Positions 37,255 to 50,648 are shown, counted from the stretch's first letter. The stretch: DNA of 64,000 nucleotides from Eledone cirrhosa (GCA_964016885.1 CAXHJY010000426.1:12531-76530), one strand, 5' to 3'. Notes: generated by a model from the letters alone, not told the origin. Made by a program: numbers and translations.

Positions 37255-38557
37255 GGTGTGGGCGATATCTGTTCGCAATTTTCAACTGCTAATTTTATGC
37301 AAATTTTTTTTATACTTCCGTTGTCACTCTTGTCTTCATAAAAACAGTGACTATATTTCCATTATTTATTTTCAGAATAATTGATTATGAATAATTTTGA
37401 ACCTCCAAATTTGTGGAAGAGACACAGAGTTCTTCTTGGAATCCGCACCGGGAGGACAAATAAGGAAATTTCAGACTTTCTCAGCGTCAGCAGGAGAATG
37501 GTGGAAAAGGTCAGAAAGGAATTGGAAGATTCAGGATTCGACTACGAAGCAACATCAGAGAGGAAAACACATGATCGACGATCTGGCGCCTTCAGAACGC
37601 CTGAGTTCATCGCTGAAGTTCAGGATATCATCAACAATGAACCTAGCAAGTCGATGCGAGCCATTGCAAGGGAGAAAGGCGCGGATGAAAAGCTCATTAG
37701 GTTGGTGGTACATGAAGACATTCGTTATGTTTCATACAAGATGAGGAAAGGACAATTTCTGTCAAAGGTGATGTAAGAAAAGCAACTGAAGCATGCAAAG
37801 AAGCTGATCAACAAGTTGAAACACCCACTGGAGCCAGACATGCTGTGGTTTTTCTCTGATGAGAAAAACTTCTGCCAAGACCAGAAGATCAACTCCCAGA
37901 ACAACAGGTGGCTGGCTGTCTCATCCAAAGACGTGCCCAGAGTCATGCAGACAAAGTTTCCAGCAAGAAGATTGGTCTTAGGTGCCGTCAGCAGCCAAGG
38001 TGCCGTCATGTCACCTCACTACTTCCCTTAGGGCCTCAAGCTGAACACTGATGGCTACATCTGCGTTCTGAGCGAGGTAGTAAAGCCCTGGATCGATCAA
38101 GTAGCTGCAGGTAGGTCGCACGTGTGGCAGCAAGACTCAGCGCCCTGCCATACCAGCCGAAAGACCCAAGCATGGCTGTCAGAACTTCGTCGACCACACT
38201 TCACCTGACATCTGGCCTCCCAGCTCGCCTAACTACAACCCCCTCTACTACTTTGTGTGGGGCGCAATGGAACGAGACACCAACAGATCTAGCTGCAATA
38301 TGATAGACGATCTGAAGGCCAGGATCACAAGTGCATTTAGGGGCCTAAGTCGGGGGACAGTGACGAAGGCATCTAGCCGATTCTGAGGCCGTCTTGAGGC
38401 TGTCATCAAAGCCAATGGCGGGTTTATTAAGTGAGATCGAAAGAACAAGTCATGAAGACAAACTGACCCAAGTTTGATAAATATATCTTAAAAAATAAAA
38501 CTACTGTGTTATTTTTCCTAGACAGTAATCTTGCGAACAAATATCGTCCGCACCCTG
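37252..38557 (+). mobile_element. Tc1/mariner DNA transposon, DD37D (maT) type, full-length but inactive
   Basis: TA-flanked TIRs cagggtgtgggcgatatctgttcgcaa / ttgcgaacaaatatcgtccgcaccctg. Motifs WFFSDEKNF, WQQDSAPCH, WPPSSPNYNPLYY. 37 residues between D2 and the mutated D3 position after correcting one frameshift. Confidence 0.92.
37387..38433 (+). pseudogene. DD37D transposase pseudogene
   Basis: HTH region 37387-37776 then catalytic region; in-frame stops, a frameshift near 38183, and third Asp replaced by Tyr. Confidence 0.88.
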
Positions 38558-38615
38558 TATATATATATAAGCAGGGAAAAGTGTACGTAAAATGATTATG
38601 AATGATGATGATATA

Positions 38616-38704
<89 letters not shown>

Positions 38705-39401
38705 AACTTTTTCTATATTTATATATATATATTTATACATTTAAATATATATATAAATTTAACTTTTTCATATCAGGCGAAAAACCTCATCTTTTATTTA
38801 TTTCCCAGCCGATTTCCTTGAAATTTGCAGCACACATTAGTTAGTCCCCTCGCATTACTGTGGATGAAAAGAATTTCCAATTCCGTTAATGGTTTCTAGG
38901 AAATTTACGAATTAGCATTGGGCATTACATTCCATTTTCAATATAAACACTACTTAACACTGTATAATATTTGTTTAAAAATGTGCTTTATTTAACAGAG
39001 AACACAACACTTTCTTTTAAGCAGGACCATTTTGGGGGAATTGAGGAAATGAGGAGGACCTTAAAATTTTTGTCGGCTCCCTGTTGACGCTTCGTGCTTT
39101 CATCATGCTATGTTATTGACACCGTAAAACCCACGTCTGTGCTACTTCTACTAAGACCCATTTTGTTGCACCTACACTGCAACTTTCTTCAGCTATTCTC
39201 TGGTTATTGATGATGGTCATCATGCATTGCTGGAGGTTATATTTTTTTGACTCAAGCAGGCCGATAGCCATCGAATATATGTGTTGCTATATATATATAA
39301 AAATATATGTATATATATATATAAATATATGTGTATATATATATATATATATAAATATATGTGTATATATATATGTATATATATATATATATATGTATAT
39401 A

Positions 39402-42400
39402 GGTAGATCTGCTGAAATAGCGGAGATGCTGGAGAGAAGGCAGGTGGATGTGTGCTGCGTGCAGGTGGATGTGTGCTGCGTGCAAGAGGTGAGATGGAGA
39501 GGTGCCTCTGCGAGACTAGTCGTAGGCAAGCGTCTTAGCTATAAGCTATTCTGGGTAGGTAAGGATGATGGGTTAGGGGGAGTAGGCATTTTCCTGGCTG
39601 AGAAATGGATCAATAAGACAATAGAGGTAGTTCGAGTTAGTAATCGAATAATTAAGCTTAGATTAGTTGTAGGTAGGAGACTACTGACAATCATCTCGGT
39701 CTATGCTCCCCAAGCAGGCCTAGGCAAAGATGAGAAAGACTGCTTTTATGAGCAACTTTTGCAAACAACCACAATGACAGAGGACGGAGACATCGTTATG
39801 CTAGCAGGAGACTTCAATGGTCATGTTGGACAGCTCCAGGATGGTTACACTGGGGTACATGGTGGGCACGGTTACGGTTCAAGAAATGAAGAAGGAGTGA
39901 GACTTCTTGAATTTTGTGATGCAAGTACATTGACTATTTGCAACACAAACTTCCAGAAACCTGCCAATCACCTAATAACCTACAAATCTGGTGAGCACAT
40001 AAGCCAGATTGACTTCCTGCTAGTTAGGCAGCGGGACAGGCAGATAGTGTCTAATACCAAGGCATACCCTGGGGAAGAATGTACCCCACAGCATAGGTTA
40101 GTTGTTAGTGATATCTCAGTAAGCAAGAGATGGAATGAGACATATAGGAAGGTGTGGAGAAGAAAGGTCTGGAAGCTAAAAGACCTTTCACTAAAATTCA
40201 AATTTAGGAAAGCCCTTCAAGATGTATATGACGAAAAAGAAGACGATTTAGAGACGTATGACATAGATAATAACTGGAAGTTCTTACGTGACAACTTGCT
40301 GAAGGCTACTGATGAAACCTGTGGCTGGAGCAGAGCTCCAACCAGACAGAGAGTGACCTGGTGGTGGAACAGCAGTGTAGATAAGGCTATTAGAGACAAA
40401 AGACTAGCATGGAAGGCTTGGAATAAGGGTGGGAGTAGGGAAGAATATACAGCCACTAAGAGAGAAGCTAGACGTCAGGTGTACTTAGCACGCAGGGAGG
40501 CAGAGAGTAGGAGGTTTGCCAATGTTCTGCGACGGGAAGATCAGAGGCGTGCGGTGTTCCACATTGCAAGGCAGTGTGTCAATGCAAATCAGGATGTTGT
40601 TGGTGATAAATGTGTCCGGGATGATGCCGGTGTACTTAGTGTCACGAATGACCAGAAAAAGGAGGCCTGGAAATGTCATTATGAGAGACTGATGAATGTG
40701 GAGAACGAATGGGAGAGAGAGAAATTACCCTTGGTAGATCCGACAGTGGGACCAGCTATTGAGATTGACGAATATAGGGTCCAAGAGGCGATTAGGGAAA
40801 TGAAAAATGGTAAGGCGGCCGGACCATCGGGAATAGTTGCTGAGATGCTGAAGGCATCAGGGGACGTAGGCACTAAACTGGTTGCACGCATAATCAATCA
40901 GGCTATATATGGTGGTGTCATACCCAAAGACTGGTGCAGCAGTATTCTCATAAATTGCTACAAAGGTAAAGGGGATGCTTTGGAGAGGAGCAATTATAGG
41001 GGTATAAAACTGATAGATCAGGTTATGAAAGTGGCAGAAAGGATTTTAGCACAACTAATTAGAGAAAGGGTCAAACTAGATGAGATGCAGTTTGGTTTTG
41101 TGCCTGGGAAGAGTACAACAGATGCCCTCTTCTTGGTGAGACAAATGCAAGAGAGGTTCTTAGAGAAGAATAAGCCACTATACTTAGCCTTTGTTGACCT
41201 AGAGAAGGCCTTTGATAGGGTACCCCGATCTGTCATCTGGTGGTCCCTAAGGAAGCTGGGTGTTGAGGAATGGCTTGTAAGGACAGTGCAAACTTTGTAC
41301 AGAGGTACTCTCAGTAAAGTCAGGGTAGGAATGGAGTTTAGTGAGGAATTCCAGATACAAGTAGAAGTACATCAGGGTTCGGTCCTCAGCCCGCTCTTGT
41401 TCATTATAGTCCTCCAAGCCATAACAGAGGAGTTTAAGACTGGCTGTCCATGGGAACTTCTCTATGCTGACGATCTGGCTCTTATGGCAGAATCAGTAGA
41501 GGAGCTAGAGAATAAATTCCGGCTATGGAAACAGCAGTTGGAAGCAAGAGGACTGAGAGTAAATCTAGCTAAGACAAAAGTGTTGATGAGTAGAAAAGAG
41601 GACAAAACCCTGATTCCGTCAGGGAAATGGCCATGTTCGATATGCAGAAAAGGAACTGGCATAAATTCTATAAAATGCACACAATGTAGGTCCTGGGTAC
41701 ACAAGAGATGTAGCGGGATAGCAGGCAAACTAACAGGTAGGGAGAAATATGTATGCAGTAGATGTACAGGGAAATTAGACAGTAGAAGTCGCACTGATAG
41801 ACACATTTTTCAAATGCGAGAGGGCGCTATAGAAGTGGTGGATAGCTTCCGGTACCTAGGAGATCAGATTAGCATGGGAGGAGGGTGTTCCGAGGCCATA
41901 GTATCTAGAATAAGGACGGGTTGGAAGAAGTTTAGGGAGCAGCTTCCTCTGTTGACGAAGAAGGGTTTCTCCCTGCGTACGAAAGGCCGGTTGTATGATG
42001 CCTGTGTGAGGAGCGCGATGCTGCATGGTAGTGAGACATGGGCAGCTACCGCAGAAGATATGCGACGGCTGGAGAGAAATGAGGCAAGCATGCTCCGTTG
42101 GATGTGCAGTGTAAATGTGCGTGAACGACCCAGCATAAATGTGTTGAGAGAGAAACTGTGTCTGAGAGGGATAGAATGTAGTGTACGGGAGAGGAGACTG
42201 AGGTGGTATGGACATGTGATGCGCATGGAGGATGACCGATGGGTGAAGAAGTGCCAGGAAATGCCAGTTGAAGGAAGACGTGGTAGAGGTAGACCACGAA
42301 AAACATGGGTGGAGGTGGTGAGAACAGACCTCAGATCATTGAAGCTCACGGTGGAGATGACGAGGGACCGTGACGAGTGGAGAGATGCTGTGCTGAATAA

Positions 42401-42440
42401 GACCCGTCCCACCCTTGCAAGCAGGGAAAAGCGGACGTAA
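39402..42440 (+). CDS. RTE ORF: APE endonuclease, reverse transcriptase and PHD-type finger (5'-partial)
   Basis: [51 protein letters not shown]4HC3 motif, FRYLG. The upstream ORF extension from 39207 is TA read-through. Confidence 0.93.
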   Translation, partial: GRSAEIAEMLERRQVDVCCVQVDVCCVQEVRWRGASARLVVGKRLSYKLFWVGKDDGLGGVGIFLAEKWINKTIEVVRVSNRIIKLRLVVGRRLLTIISVYAPQAGLGKDEKDCFYEQLLQTTTMTEDGDIVMLAGDFNGHVGQLQDGYTGVHGGHGYGSRNEEGVRLLEFCDASTLTICNTNFQKPANHLITYKSGEHISQIDFLLVRQRDRQIVSNTKAYPGEECTPQHRLVVSDISVSKRWNETYRKVWRRKVWKLKDLSLKFKFRKALQDVYDEKEDDLETYDIDNNWKFLRDNLLKATDETCGWSRAPTRQRVTWWWNSSVDKAIRDKRLAWKAWNKGGSREEYTATKREARRQVYLARREAESRRFANVLRREDQRRAVFHIARQCVNANQDVVGDKCVRDDAGVLSVTNDQKKEAWKCHYERLMNVENEWEREKLPLVDPTVGPAIEIDEYRVQEAIREMKNGKAAGPSGIVAEMLKASGDVGTKLVARIINQAIYGGVIPKDWCSSILINCYKGKGDALERSNYRGIKLIDQVMKVAERILAQLIRERVKLDEMQFGFVPGKSTTDALFLVRQMQERFLEKNKPLYLAFVDLEKAFDRVPRSVIWWSLRKLGVEEWLVRTVQTLYRGTLSKVRVGMEFSEEFQIQVEVHQGSVLSPLLFIIVLQAITEEFKTGCPWELLYADDLALMAESVEELENKFRLWKQQLEARGLRVNLAKTKVLMSRKEDKTLIPSGKWPCSICRKGTGINSIKCTQCRSWVHKRCSGIAGKLTGREKYVCSRCTGKLDSRSRTDRHIFQMREGAIEVVDSFRYLGDQISMGGGCSEAIVSRIRTGWKKFREQLPLLTKKGFSLRTKGRLYDACVRSAMLHGSETWAATAEDMRRLERNEASMLRWMCSVNVRERPSINVLREKLCLRGIECSVRERRLRWYGHVMRMEDDRWVKKCQEMPVEGRRGRGRPRKTWVEVVRTDLRSLKLTVEMTRDRDEWRDAVLNKTRPTLASREKRT

Positions 42441-42468
42441 AATGATGATGATGATAATGATGATGATG
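39402..42468 (+). mobile_element. RTE LINE family A, near full-length, inserted in (TA)n
   Basis: Uninterrupted ORF whose stop codon abuts the (GAT)n tail; flanked by TA arrays; extreme N-terminus and 5' UTR missing. Confidence 0.97.
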
Positions 42469-42610
42469 ATATATATGTATATATATAAATATATATGTAT
42501 ATATGTATATAAATATGTGGATATATATGTATATATATATATATATATACATATGTGTATATATATATGTATATATATATAAATATGTGTATATATATGT
42601 ATATAAATAT

Positions 42611-44396
42611 ATGAAGGTCACGGAAAAAGTAATAGCGCAACTAATCAGAGAGAGAATCGACCTAGATGAAATGCAGTTCGGGTTTGTGTCAGGCAAAAGT
42701 ACCACAGACGCTCTTTTCATAGTACGACAACTACAGGAGAAGTACCTAGCTAAAGGTAAATCCCTCTACTTAGCTTTTGTCGACTTGGAGAAAGCCTTCG
42801 ACAGAGTCCCCCGCTCCATTATCTGGTGGGCTCTTAGAAAACTAGGCGTTGACGAATGGCTTGTGAGGGCTATACAAGCCATGTATAAAGAAACAGTCAG
42901 CAAGGTTAGAATTAACAACGAATATAGTGAAGAGTTTAGCGTAAAAGTTGGCGTCCATCAGGGCTCTGTTCTCAGCCCCCTACTATTTATTATTGCCCTT
43001 CAGGCTATAACAGAGGAGTTCAAGACAGGCTGCCCATGGGAACTCCTATACGCAGACGATCTGACACTCATAGCGGAATCAATGGCCGAGCTAGAGAAGA
43101 AATTCCAAACATGGAAGCACGGCCTAGAGTCAAAAGGACTTAAAACTAACCTGGCTAAGACCAAAGTTCTAGTTTGTAGGAAAGAAAACAAGGCGGCGGT
43201 CCCTTCTGGGAAATGGTCGTGCTCGGTGTGTAGGAAAGGCGTAGGTAGAAACTCCATTTTATGTCCTAAATGCAAAGTATGGGTGCATAAAAGATGTAGT
43301 GGGATCACAGGTAAGCTAACTAAGAACATAGATTTTACATGTGGCCGGTGTTCTGGTGCAATAAGTAGCAGCAAGTGCCCACAAAATACTAGCTCTTTCA
43401 ATTGCGCAGAGGGTTCTATAGAAATAGTGGACAGCTTCCGTTACCTGGGCGATAAAATCAGCAGTGGGGGAGGGTGCTCTGAAAGTACTGTAGCTAGAGT
43501 CAGAACTGGTTGGAAAAAGTTCAGAGAGCTTATACCACTATTAGCTGCTAAAGGGTTCTCCCTAAAAATGAAAGGCAGGTTGTACGATGCCTGCATACGA
43601 ACAGCAATGCTGCATGGCAGTGAGACCTGGGCATTGTGTGCAGAGGATATACGCAGACTAGAGAGGAACGAAGCTTGCATGCTCCGCTGGATGTGTAACA
43701 GTAATATACGTGAACGGCAAAGCATAAACGAACTAAGGAAAAAATTAGAGATAAGAGGGATCAGATGTTGTTTACTCGAGAGAAGGCTACGTTGGTATGG
43801 ACACGTGATGCGCATGAAAGTCGATAGCTGTATAACAAAGTGCAGGGCAATAAAGATAGACGGTAGTCACGGAATAGGCAGACCTAGAAAAACCTGGGAC
43901 GAGCTGATAAACTCCGACATCACACACTTACACCTCTCCAAGACAATGTCACTGGACCGAGACCTTTGGCGGTACTCAGTAACAGAGAAGACCCGCCTTA
44001 CCTAAATATATAGTAAAACCTACTCCAACCAGTAGGCATCTCTAACAAAATACACCCCGTCCTACCACCACCACCCCCACCCCATACACACCACCCCGTT
44101 CTATGTAAAGTTATGTTGGTGCCGCGCCATAGGCCGAAACAAATGAGATCGTGTAGGTGTCACGACAAAAAACACACAGTCCACGCTGTAATGTGGCCGT
44201 GTAGGCAACACGGTAAAAACCTCCCAGACCCACACTGTAAATGTGGTTGGTGTTAGGAAGGGCATCCAACTGTAGAAAACCTGCCAGATAGTCCTATGCG
44301 AGCAAGACAATCACTCCTGCCTCAAACTACCCCCGTCCAAACCCATGCAAGCGTGGAACACGGACGTTAAACGTTGATGATGATGATGATGATGAT
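42611..44396 (+). mobile_element. RTE LINE family B, 5'-truncated; open RT/PHD frame 42611-44005 plus 3' UTR
   Basis: [52 protein letters not shown]; ~390-bp UTR ending (GAT)n. Confidence 0.95.
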
Positions 44397-44426
44397 ATAT
44401 ATATATATACATACATTATATATATA

Positions 44427-44460
<34 letters not shown>

Positions 44461-44718
44461 CATACATACATTATATATATATATATATACATACATTATA
44501 TATATATATATATATGTCTGATATGACGACACTCAAAATTACTTGCTTGCTTTTTAAGTTTGTTTTTTTCTTGTGTTTTTATTTTATTTTATTTATTTAT
44601 TTATTTATCTATTTATATATATCATCATCATCATCTTCGTTTAGCATGGAAAATGGACGTTAAACGAAGCTGATAAATATGTGTATATATATGTATAAAT
44701 ATATATATAAATATGTGT

Positions 44719-45063
44719 ATCATCATCACCATCATTTCATTTTACGTCCACTTTTCCCTGCTTGCAAGGGTGGGACGGGAACTGATTCTGGCTTGATTTC
44801 TACAGCTGGATGCCCTTCCTAACACCAACCTCATTTTACAGTGAGTGCTGGGTGCTTTTTTGCCATGGCACCTCCACGACCACTTTGCAGTGGAATGATA
44901 GGGACCCCAGTCCCTATCATCTCATTTCTACAGCTGAGTAAACTGGAGCAATGTGAAATAAAGTGTCTTGCTCAAGGAAACAACACATCACCTGGTCTCA
45001 GAATTGAACTCACAACCTTTCGATTGCAAGGCCAATGCTCTAACCACTAAGCCATGTGCCTCC
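44719..45063 (-). mobile_element. tRNA-derived SINE, family 1
   Basis: Near-identical to 54521-54867 and 28033-28401. Confidence 0.9.
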
Positions 45064-45148
<85 letters not shown>

Positions 45149-45287
45149 AATTAAAATACTAGAGTGTGTTGGAGTTAAACACCCTCTTCATATTATAGAA
45201 ATGACAGTATAAGATATAGCTCAATGTATATGTATATATATATGTGTATATATGTATGTATATATATATACTGGTTGTATTATTTTT

Positions 45288-45470
45288 TGATTGGCAGTAT
45301 CGGTAGAGGGTCGGACGCCATGATTTCCAGCATAGTTACATCCATTTACGATCTTAGTTCTAATCATGCCGAGGTTGACTTTGCCTTTCATCCTTACGGG
45401 GTCGATAAAATAAAGTACCAATAATGCACTGGGTAATTGCTGGCCTTGTGCCTAAAGTAGAAACAATTAT
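45288..45470 (+). mobile_element. tRNA-derived SINE, family 2
   Basis: tggcagtatcggtagag..gccgaggttgactttgcctttcatccttacggggtcgataaaataaagtacc..gtagaaacaattat. Confidence 0.85.
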
Positions 45471-45507
45471 TTTATATGAGACATAATTAAATAAATATCT
45501 CTTTCCT

Positions 45508-45631
45508 TCCAGACGGCCGTTTCGTTCTAAGATTTCTACAATTTGGGATAAATAATTTCCAGGTTATGTAGAAACTTGTATATAATCCATAGTTTTATAC
45601 ACAAGCGGGCTCTTATAAACTCATCAGTGGA
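45508..45631 (-). ncRNA. Type I hammerhead ribozyme with enlarged, branched stem II
   Basis: tcca-CTGATGA-gttt(a)taaga...tcttagaac-GAAA-cggccg-TC^-tgga; two internal hairpins inside stem II. Confidence 0.82.
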
Positions 45632-45769
45632 TGCCCAAATAATATCGATATAAGAATTACATCGACATTAATAGATTAGTGATGATCGCCTTCAGCGTTA
45701 AAAAGAGACTGGTAGATTCGAAAATCCAGCAGTCCACTCAAAGATAAAATACACGCTAAAATATATATA

Positions 45770-46048
45770 CACATATATATTTATATATATATACATATAT
45801 ATTTATATATATATACATATATATTTATACATATATACATATATATTTATATATATATACATATATATTTATATATATATACATATATATTTATATATAT
45901 ATACATATATATTTATATATATATACATATATATTTATATATATATACATATATATTTATATATATATACATATATATTTATATATATATACATATATAT
46001 ATACATACATATATATTTATACATATATACATATATATTTATATATAT
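45770..46048. repeat. Regular 22-bp TA-derived minisatellite
   Basis: atatatttatatatatatacat repeats. Confidence 0.85.
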
Positions 46049-46049
46049 C

Positions 46050-46110
46050 AAGGGCGGTGCCCCAGCATGGCCTCAGCCGGATGGCTGAAACAGGTAAAAG
46101 AGTAAAAGAG
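46050..46110 (+). mobile_element. Solitary 3' terminus of the CR1-group LINE
   Basis: agggcggtgccccagcatggcctcagccggatggctgaaacaggtaaaagagtaaaagag is the reverse complement of ~55456-55515. Confidence 0.9.
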
Positions 46111-46120
46111 ATATATATAT

Positions 46121-49100
46121 ACAACAAACTACTAATGGATTGAAAACAATATAATATCTATCATCCAAGGCATCAAATTTAAGAGAAACTTCAAAGGCCA
46201 GGACTATTTAAGATGTATTAAGGATAATATTGAAAACTTGGAGATAACAGAGAAAATTTTAGTGAAGTCGGACAAAATTAATAACCTTTATGGAGTACAA
46301 AAGGACATGTATAATGACCTTATATTGAAAGAACTAAGGAAAAAGTACAAGGTAGCAAGTAAGGACGAACTTGAAAAACTGAATACAGATGCATCTTGTA
46401 TAATGCATGAATTAGACATTGAGAATAAAACACAACCCTTCATGCCTAGGAAACCCAAGATCAATATGAAGGATCACAAAAGAAACTTTGAAAATGATTT
46501 ACCAGTCAGATTAATTGCACCATCTAAATCTGACCTGGGAAAACTTAGCAAAAATATTCTAGACAGGGTAATACAACAAATTATAAACTTACCTAATTTA
46601 TCTAACTTAAAATTATGGAAAGGGACTAGTGAGGTTATTGATTGGTTTAAAGAAATTAAATATAACTATAATAATAAGTTTATTCAGCTGGATATTGCTA
46701 ACTACTATTCATCTATCACTCCTAATCTACTGAATAAGGCACTAAATTACACATTTAAACATACTGACCTAACTAGCAATGAAATGCACATTATATTATC
46801 GGCAAGGAAAACATTGATAGAATTTAATAACCAACTCTGGACTAGGGCAGATAGAAATAATAATTTCGACATAACTATGGGATCATCAGACTCAGCTCAG
46901 GTAACGGACCTTGTGGGCCTATTTATAATTAATTTGTTACATAGAAAAATACCAGGTGTAACCAGAGGATTATATCGTGATGACATGCTTTTACTTATAG
47001 AAAATAATAGCTGTGAACTAAATAGAAAAAGAAAACAAATTATACAATTTTTTAATTACCTTAATCTAAAAATAGAAATAGAGAATAACCATAGAATAGT
47101 CAATTTTCTTGATGTAACACTAAATCTCAACACATGTCTTCATTATCCATTTCACAAACTAAATGAGAACTTGAATTATGTCAACTTTAACTCTAATCAC
47201 CCCAGATCTGTTAAAAATACTATAGTGAACTCTGTTCAAGAACGAATTTCAAGAATTTCATCTAATAAAAATATATTTGATGAAAAAGCGGAGTATTACA
47301 ACGAAGCGTTAGGTAGAGCTGGATATAGAAATAAAATTAAATACATCGATAATAATAATAATAAGCAAACTAACCAAAATAATAACAATTTCAATTACGG
47401 TAACAACTTTAACAACTATAATAGAAAACATTACAATAATTCCAAAAGCCGAAAAATAGAACTAGAAATATATTATGGTTTGCTCCCCCTTTCTCACTAA
47501 ATATTAAAACCCCTATTGCTAAACTATTCTTTAAAGCTCTTGACAAATGCTTCCCTAGAACACATAAATATTACTCAATTTTTAATAGACACACTATAAA
47601 ATTAACTTACTCGTCCACCAAAAATTTAGCACAAAATATTAATAGAATTAATAATAGGAATTTAAAACCTAACCAAAATACCAATAATAACCCAAACAAT
47701 ATTCAATTAAATAACTGTAACTGTAGAAATAAATCTAACTGTCCGTTAAATAACAACTGCTTAGCTACAAATGTAGTGTACAATTGTAATGTTAAAACTA
47801 ATTTAAATTCATTTAACTACGTTGGTTCCACCTCTACAGAATTTAAATTTCGCTTCAATAATCATAAGAATTCTTTCACAGATCCAAACAAAAAATCTTC
47901 AACTTCGCTATCTAGCCTACTATGGGACCTAAAACGAGATAATATTAAATATTCGATGAATTGGAATATTATTTCAAAAGCTACTCCTTTTAATTCCTCT
48001 TCAGAAAATTATGATCTTTGTATTGAAGAAATATTCTTTATATTAAAGTCCAAAAATTCCCTTAATCTAAGGAACAATTTATTCAGTTGCTGCAGACATA
48101 GGTTGAACTCAACGTTTAAATATAAATATAAATTTAAAATGTAGTATAATTAATTAAGTAATTTAGTTAATATATGAAACCTGTCGATAAATCATTAGAT
48201 TCCTTCACCTTTTTCTTTTTAAACTTTCTTCCTAAATATAAACATGGATATAATAAACTACTCTAAAATGTCTATACTTCCAATGTATTAAATAAAATAT
48301 ACGTAAGATAAATTTCTATACTAAATATAAGGTTATCTGTAGAATCATTGAGTTTTTTAAATCTTTTAAATTATTTTTATTTATTTGTTTTGATTCTGAT
48401 AGCTTCTCATAACTTTCATATGTCTACCCTTTCAATATCTTGATTGAGATATACGTAGGATAAATTTCTATAATAAATATATAAAACATATTATTTTAAC
48501 TTAAGATACTCTATAGTGTTTTAAAGATATTTAATGCTTTGATATTTCTAGTTTTCTTTTGACTATACTGATATAGTTGCATTTCCAAAATATATTCCTT
48601 TGGTATTTTAAATTTATATCGTTATGCTTATATTTACAAGTTATAATCCTTTAGTAATATATTGATATTTGATTATCTCTATACAAATGCATAGGTGTGT
48701 ATTAACATGCATATAAAGTGTTATAGGTTTTTTTTTTTGTGTTTGTATATATGTCTGTATATATACATGAGCGATGCGGGAGGACGCACGCAAATATTTA
48801 TTTATACATATGTATGTGTATATATATCTATGTGGGTGAGAGGTATGTTGCAGATATGCATAATATTAAATACATGAATGGTAATCATATATATGAGGAC
48901 ATGAATATTAATCTTATATATTTATGTATATATACTGTGAACTTTTTATAACAAGGAATGTATAGCAGTGATTAAGAGAAATCATTTACGTTTTGTATGG
49001 CTATATTGTTGGCTTGAGTAAACATAATTTCTATTTTCAGGACGTGCGTATATATATGTATGTATATATACATATATATTTGTATGTCTTTGCATAAGAT

Positions 49101-49870
49101 ACTGATCTCTATACTAAGGGTACATTTTGAACTCAGATTTTGGTATATTGATCTCAAGTTTTTAAACTAAACATATGGTCATTATTGAACAATGTTTAAT
49201 TTCTCATATTATATATCTATGTCCCATTCATGAATATTGATATTTATATTTTTATTATTCATTACATATAAATTGTTAACTCAACTTAATATGACATGAC
49301 GTAAAGTTTTCATTGTATCCCCTTCTCTCTATATAGTATTTCTCTCTCTTGAGTTTTTCTATCTGTATGATGACTTGATATCTCTCTGTTGCTTTCCTTT
49401 GTTTTTCTTATTTCTTCCTTTTTTCTTTCTTTTTTATTTCCTCCTATCTTTATTTATCTCTTTCTTTTCTCCATACATTTCTCTCTCTCTCCGATATTTT
49501 TCCAGGTTTTCTTTCTCTCTCTGTCTTTTTTCTTTTTTTCTTTCTCTCCGTCTTTTTCTAATTGTGCTTAACACTATGACTTATTACAATAATATAAACA
49601 AATCACTATCTAGACAGCCTCCAAAAGTAATGGTTGCATTCTAAAAGGGTACGTCAAAGCTATTTATAAAACTGTTATATATTGTATTTTGTCTGATGAA
49701 GGCACACCATAATTTAATGTGGTATCCCTGAAATATGTATAATGAAATAAATATGGTTTTATAAATATAGTTTCCATTTATTAATATCGTATATCTACTC
49801 CAAAAACTTGTCGAGTGCTTTATATCAGTTATAAAAATATTTACTTGTTGTATCCCAACAACTTTAAATA
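46121..49870 (+). mobile_element. Naiad-type PLE: RT plus GIY-YIG (one frameshift near 47470), ~1.5-kb 3' UTR, HHR-containing pLTR
   Basis: KINMKDHK..VRLIAPSKSDLG, QLDIANYYSSI, MGSSDSAQVTDLVG, LYRDD, NFLDVTL, SNHP, CNCRNKSNCPLNNNC, VVY..YVGST, LCIEE..CCRH; stop at 48144. Confidence 0.93.
49685..49749 (+). ncRNA. Type I hammerhead ribozyme in the 3' pLTR of the Naiad element
   Basis: tattttgt-CTGATGA-agg..accat..gtggt..cct-GAAA-tatgta-TA^-atgaaata. Confidence 0.75.
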
Positions 49871-50309
49871 GAACTTTTGCATATATTTATACATATATAT
49901 TTATATATATATATATATATACATATATATATTTATACATATATACATACATATATATATTTATACATATATACATATATATTTATATATATATACATAT
50001 ATATTTATATATATATACACATACATATTTATATATATATACATACATATTTATATATATATACATACATATTTATATATATATACATACATACATACAT
50101 ATTTATATATATTTATATATATATACATAAATTAATAAAAACAATGAATAAAAAAAAGAACAAGTTCCTTATATTAAAAAAATTAATCATTTTACGATCG
50201 TTTCTAGGTTATATACGAGTGTTGGTATGTATATCATATAGATCTATGTATAAATTTTACAAACTATCTGAGGAAATATACATACCTTCACATATATATG
50301 CTGACTTCA

Positions 50310-50500
50310 CAAATAACTGCTTCTAATTTAGGCACAAGGCCAGCAATTACCCAGTACATTACTGGTACTTTATTTTATCGACCCCGTAAGGATGAAAGCA
50401 AAGTTAACCTCGGCGGGATTTAAAACTCAGACTGTAAAGGGAGGTAACTATGCTAGAAAGCATGGTGTCCAACTCTACCGATACTGCCAATTCACAGCCC
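50310..50500 (-). mobile_element. tRNA-derived SINE, family 2
   Basis: Homologous to 716-901; a partial duplicate follows at 50506-50542. Confidence 0.85.
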
Positions 50501-50648
50501 TTCAGAAATAATTGTTTCTACTTTAGGCACAAGGCGAGCAATTTAAAAAAATATCCAATACTAATAATATAATTAAAGTTACAACTCTACTATCCGGGAT
50601 ATTCTTTAAGGGTATGTCAATATTTATTTATAAATCTGATCTATATTA

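Noticed and set aside
39207-39401. N-terminal extensions of the RTE ORFs (also 42503-42610)
   Set aside because: Read-through of (TA)n microsatellite; not part of the elements.
41462-43815. Antisense ORFs over the RTE copies (and plus-strand ORFs over CR1 at 55650-57495)
   Set aside because: Shadow frames of the LINE coding strand with no independent motifs.
46238-48144. Selenocysteine-encoding Naiad (reported for some Naiad elements)
   Set aside because: Zinc-finger Cys positions in the three copies use Cys codons (one TAT in this copy), not TGA, and no SECIS was recognised.
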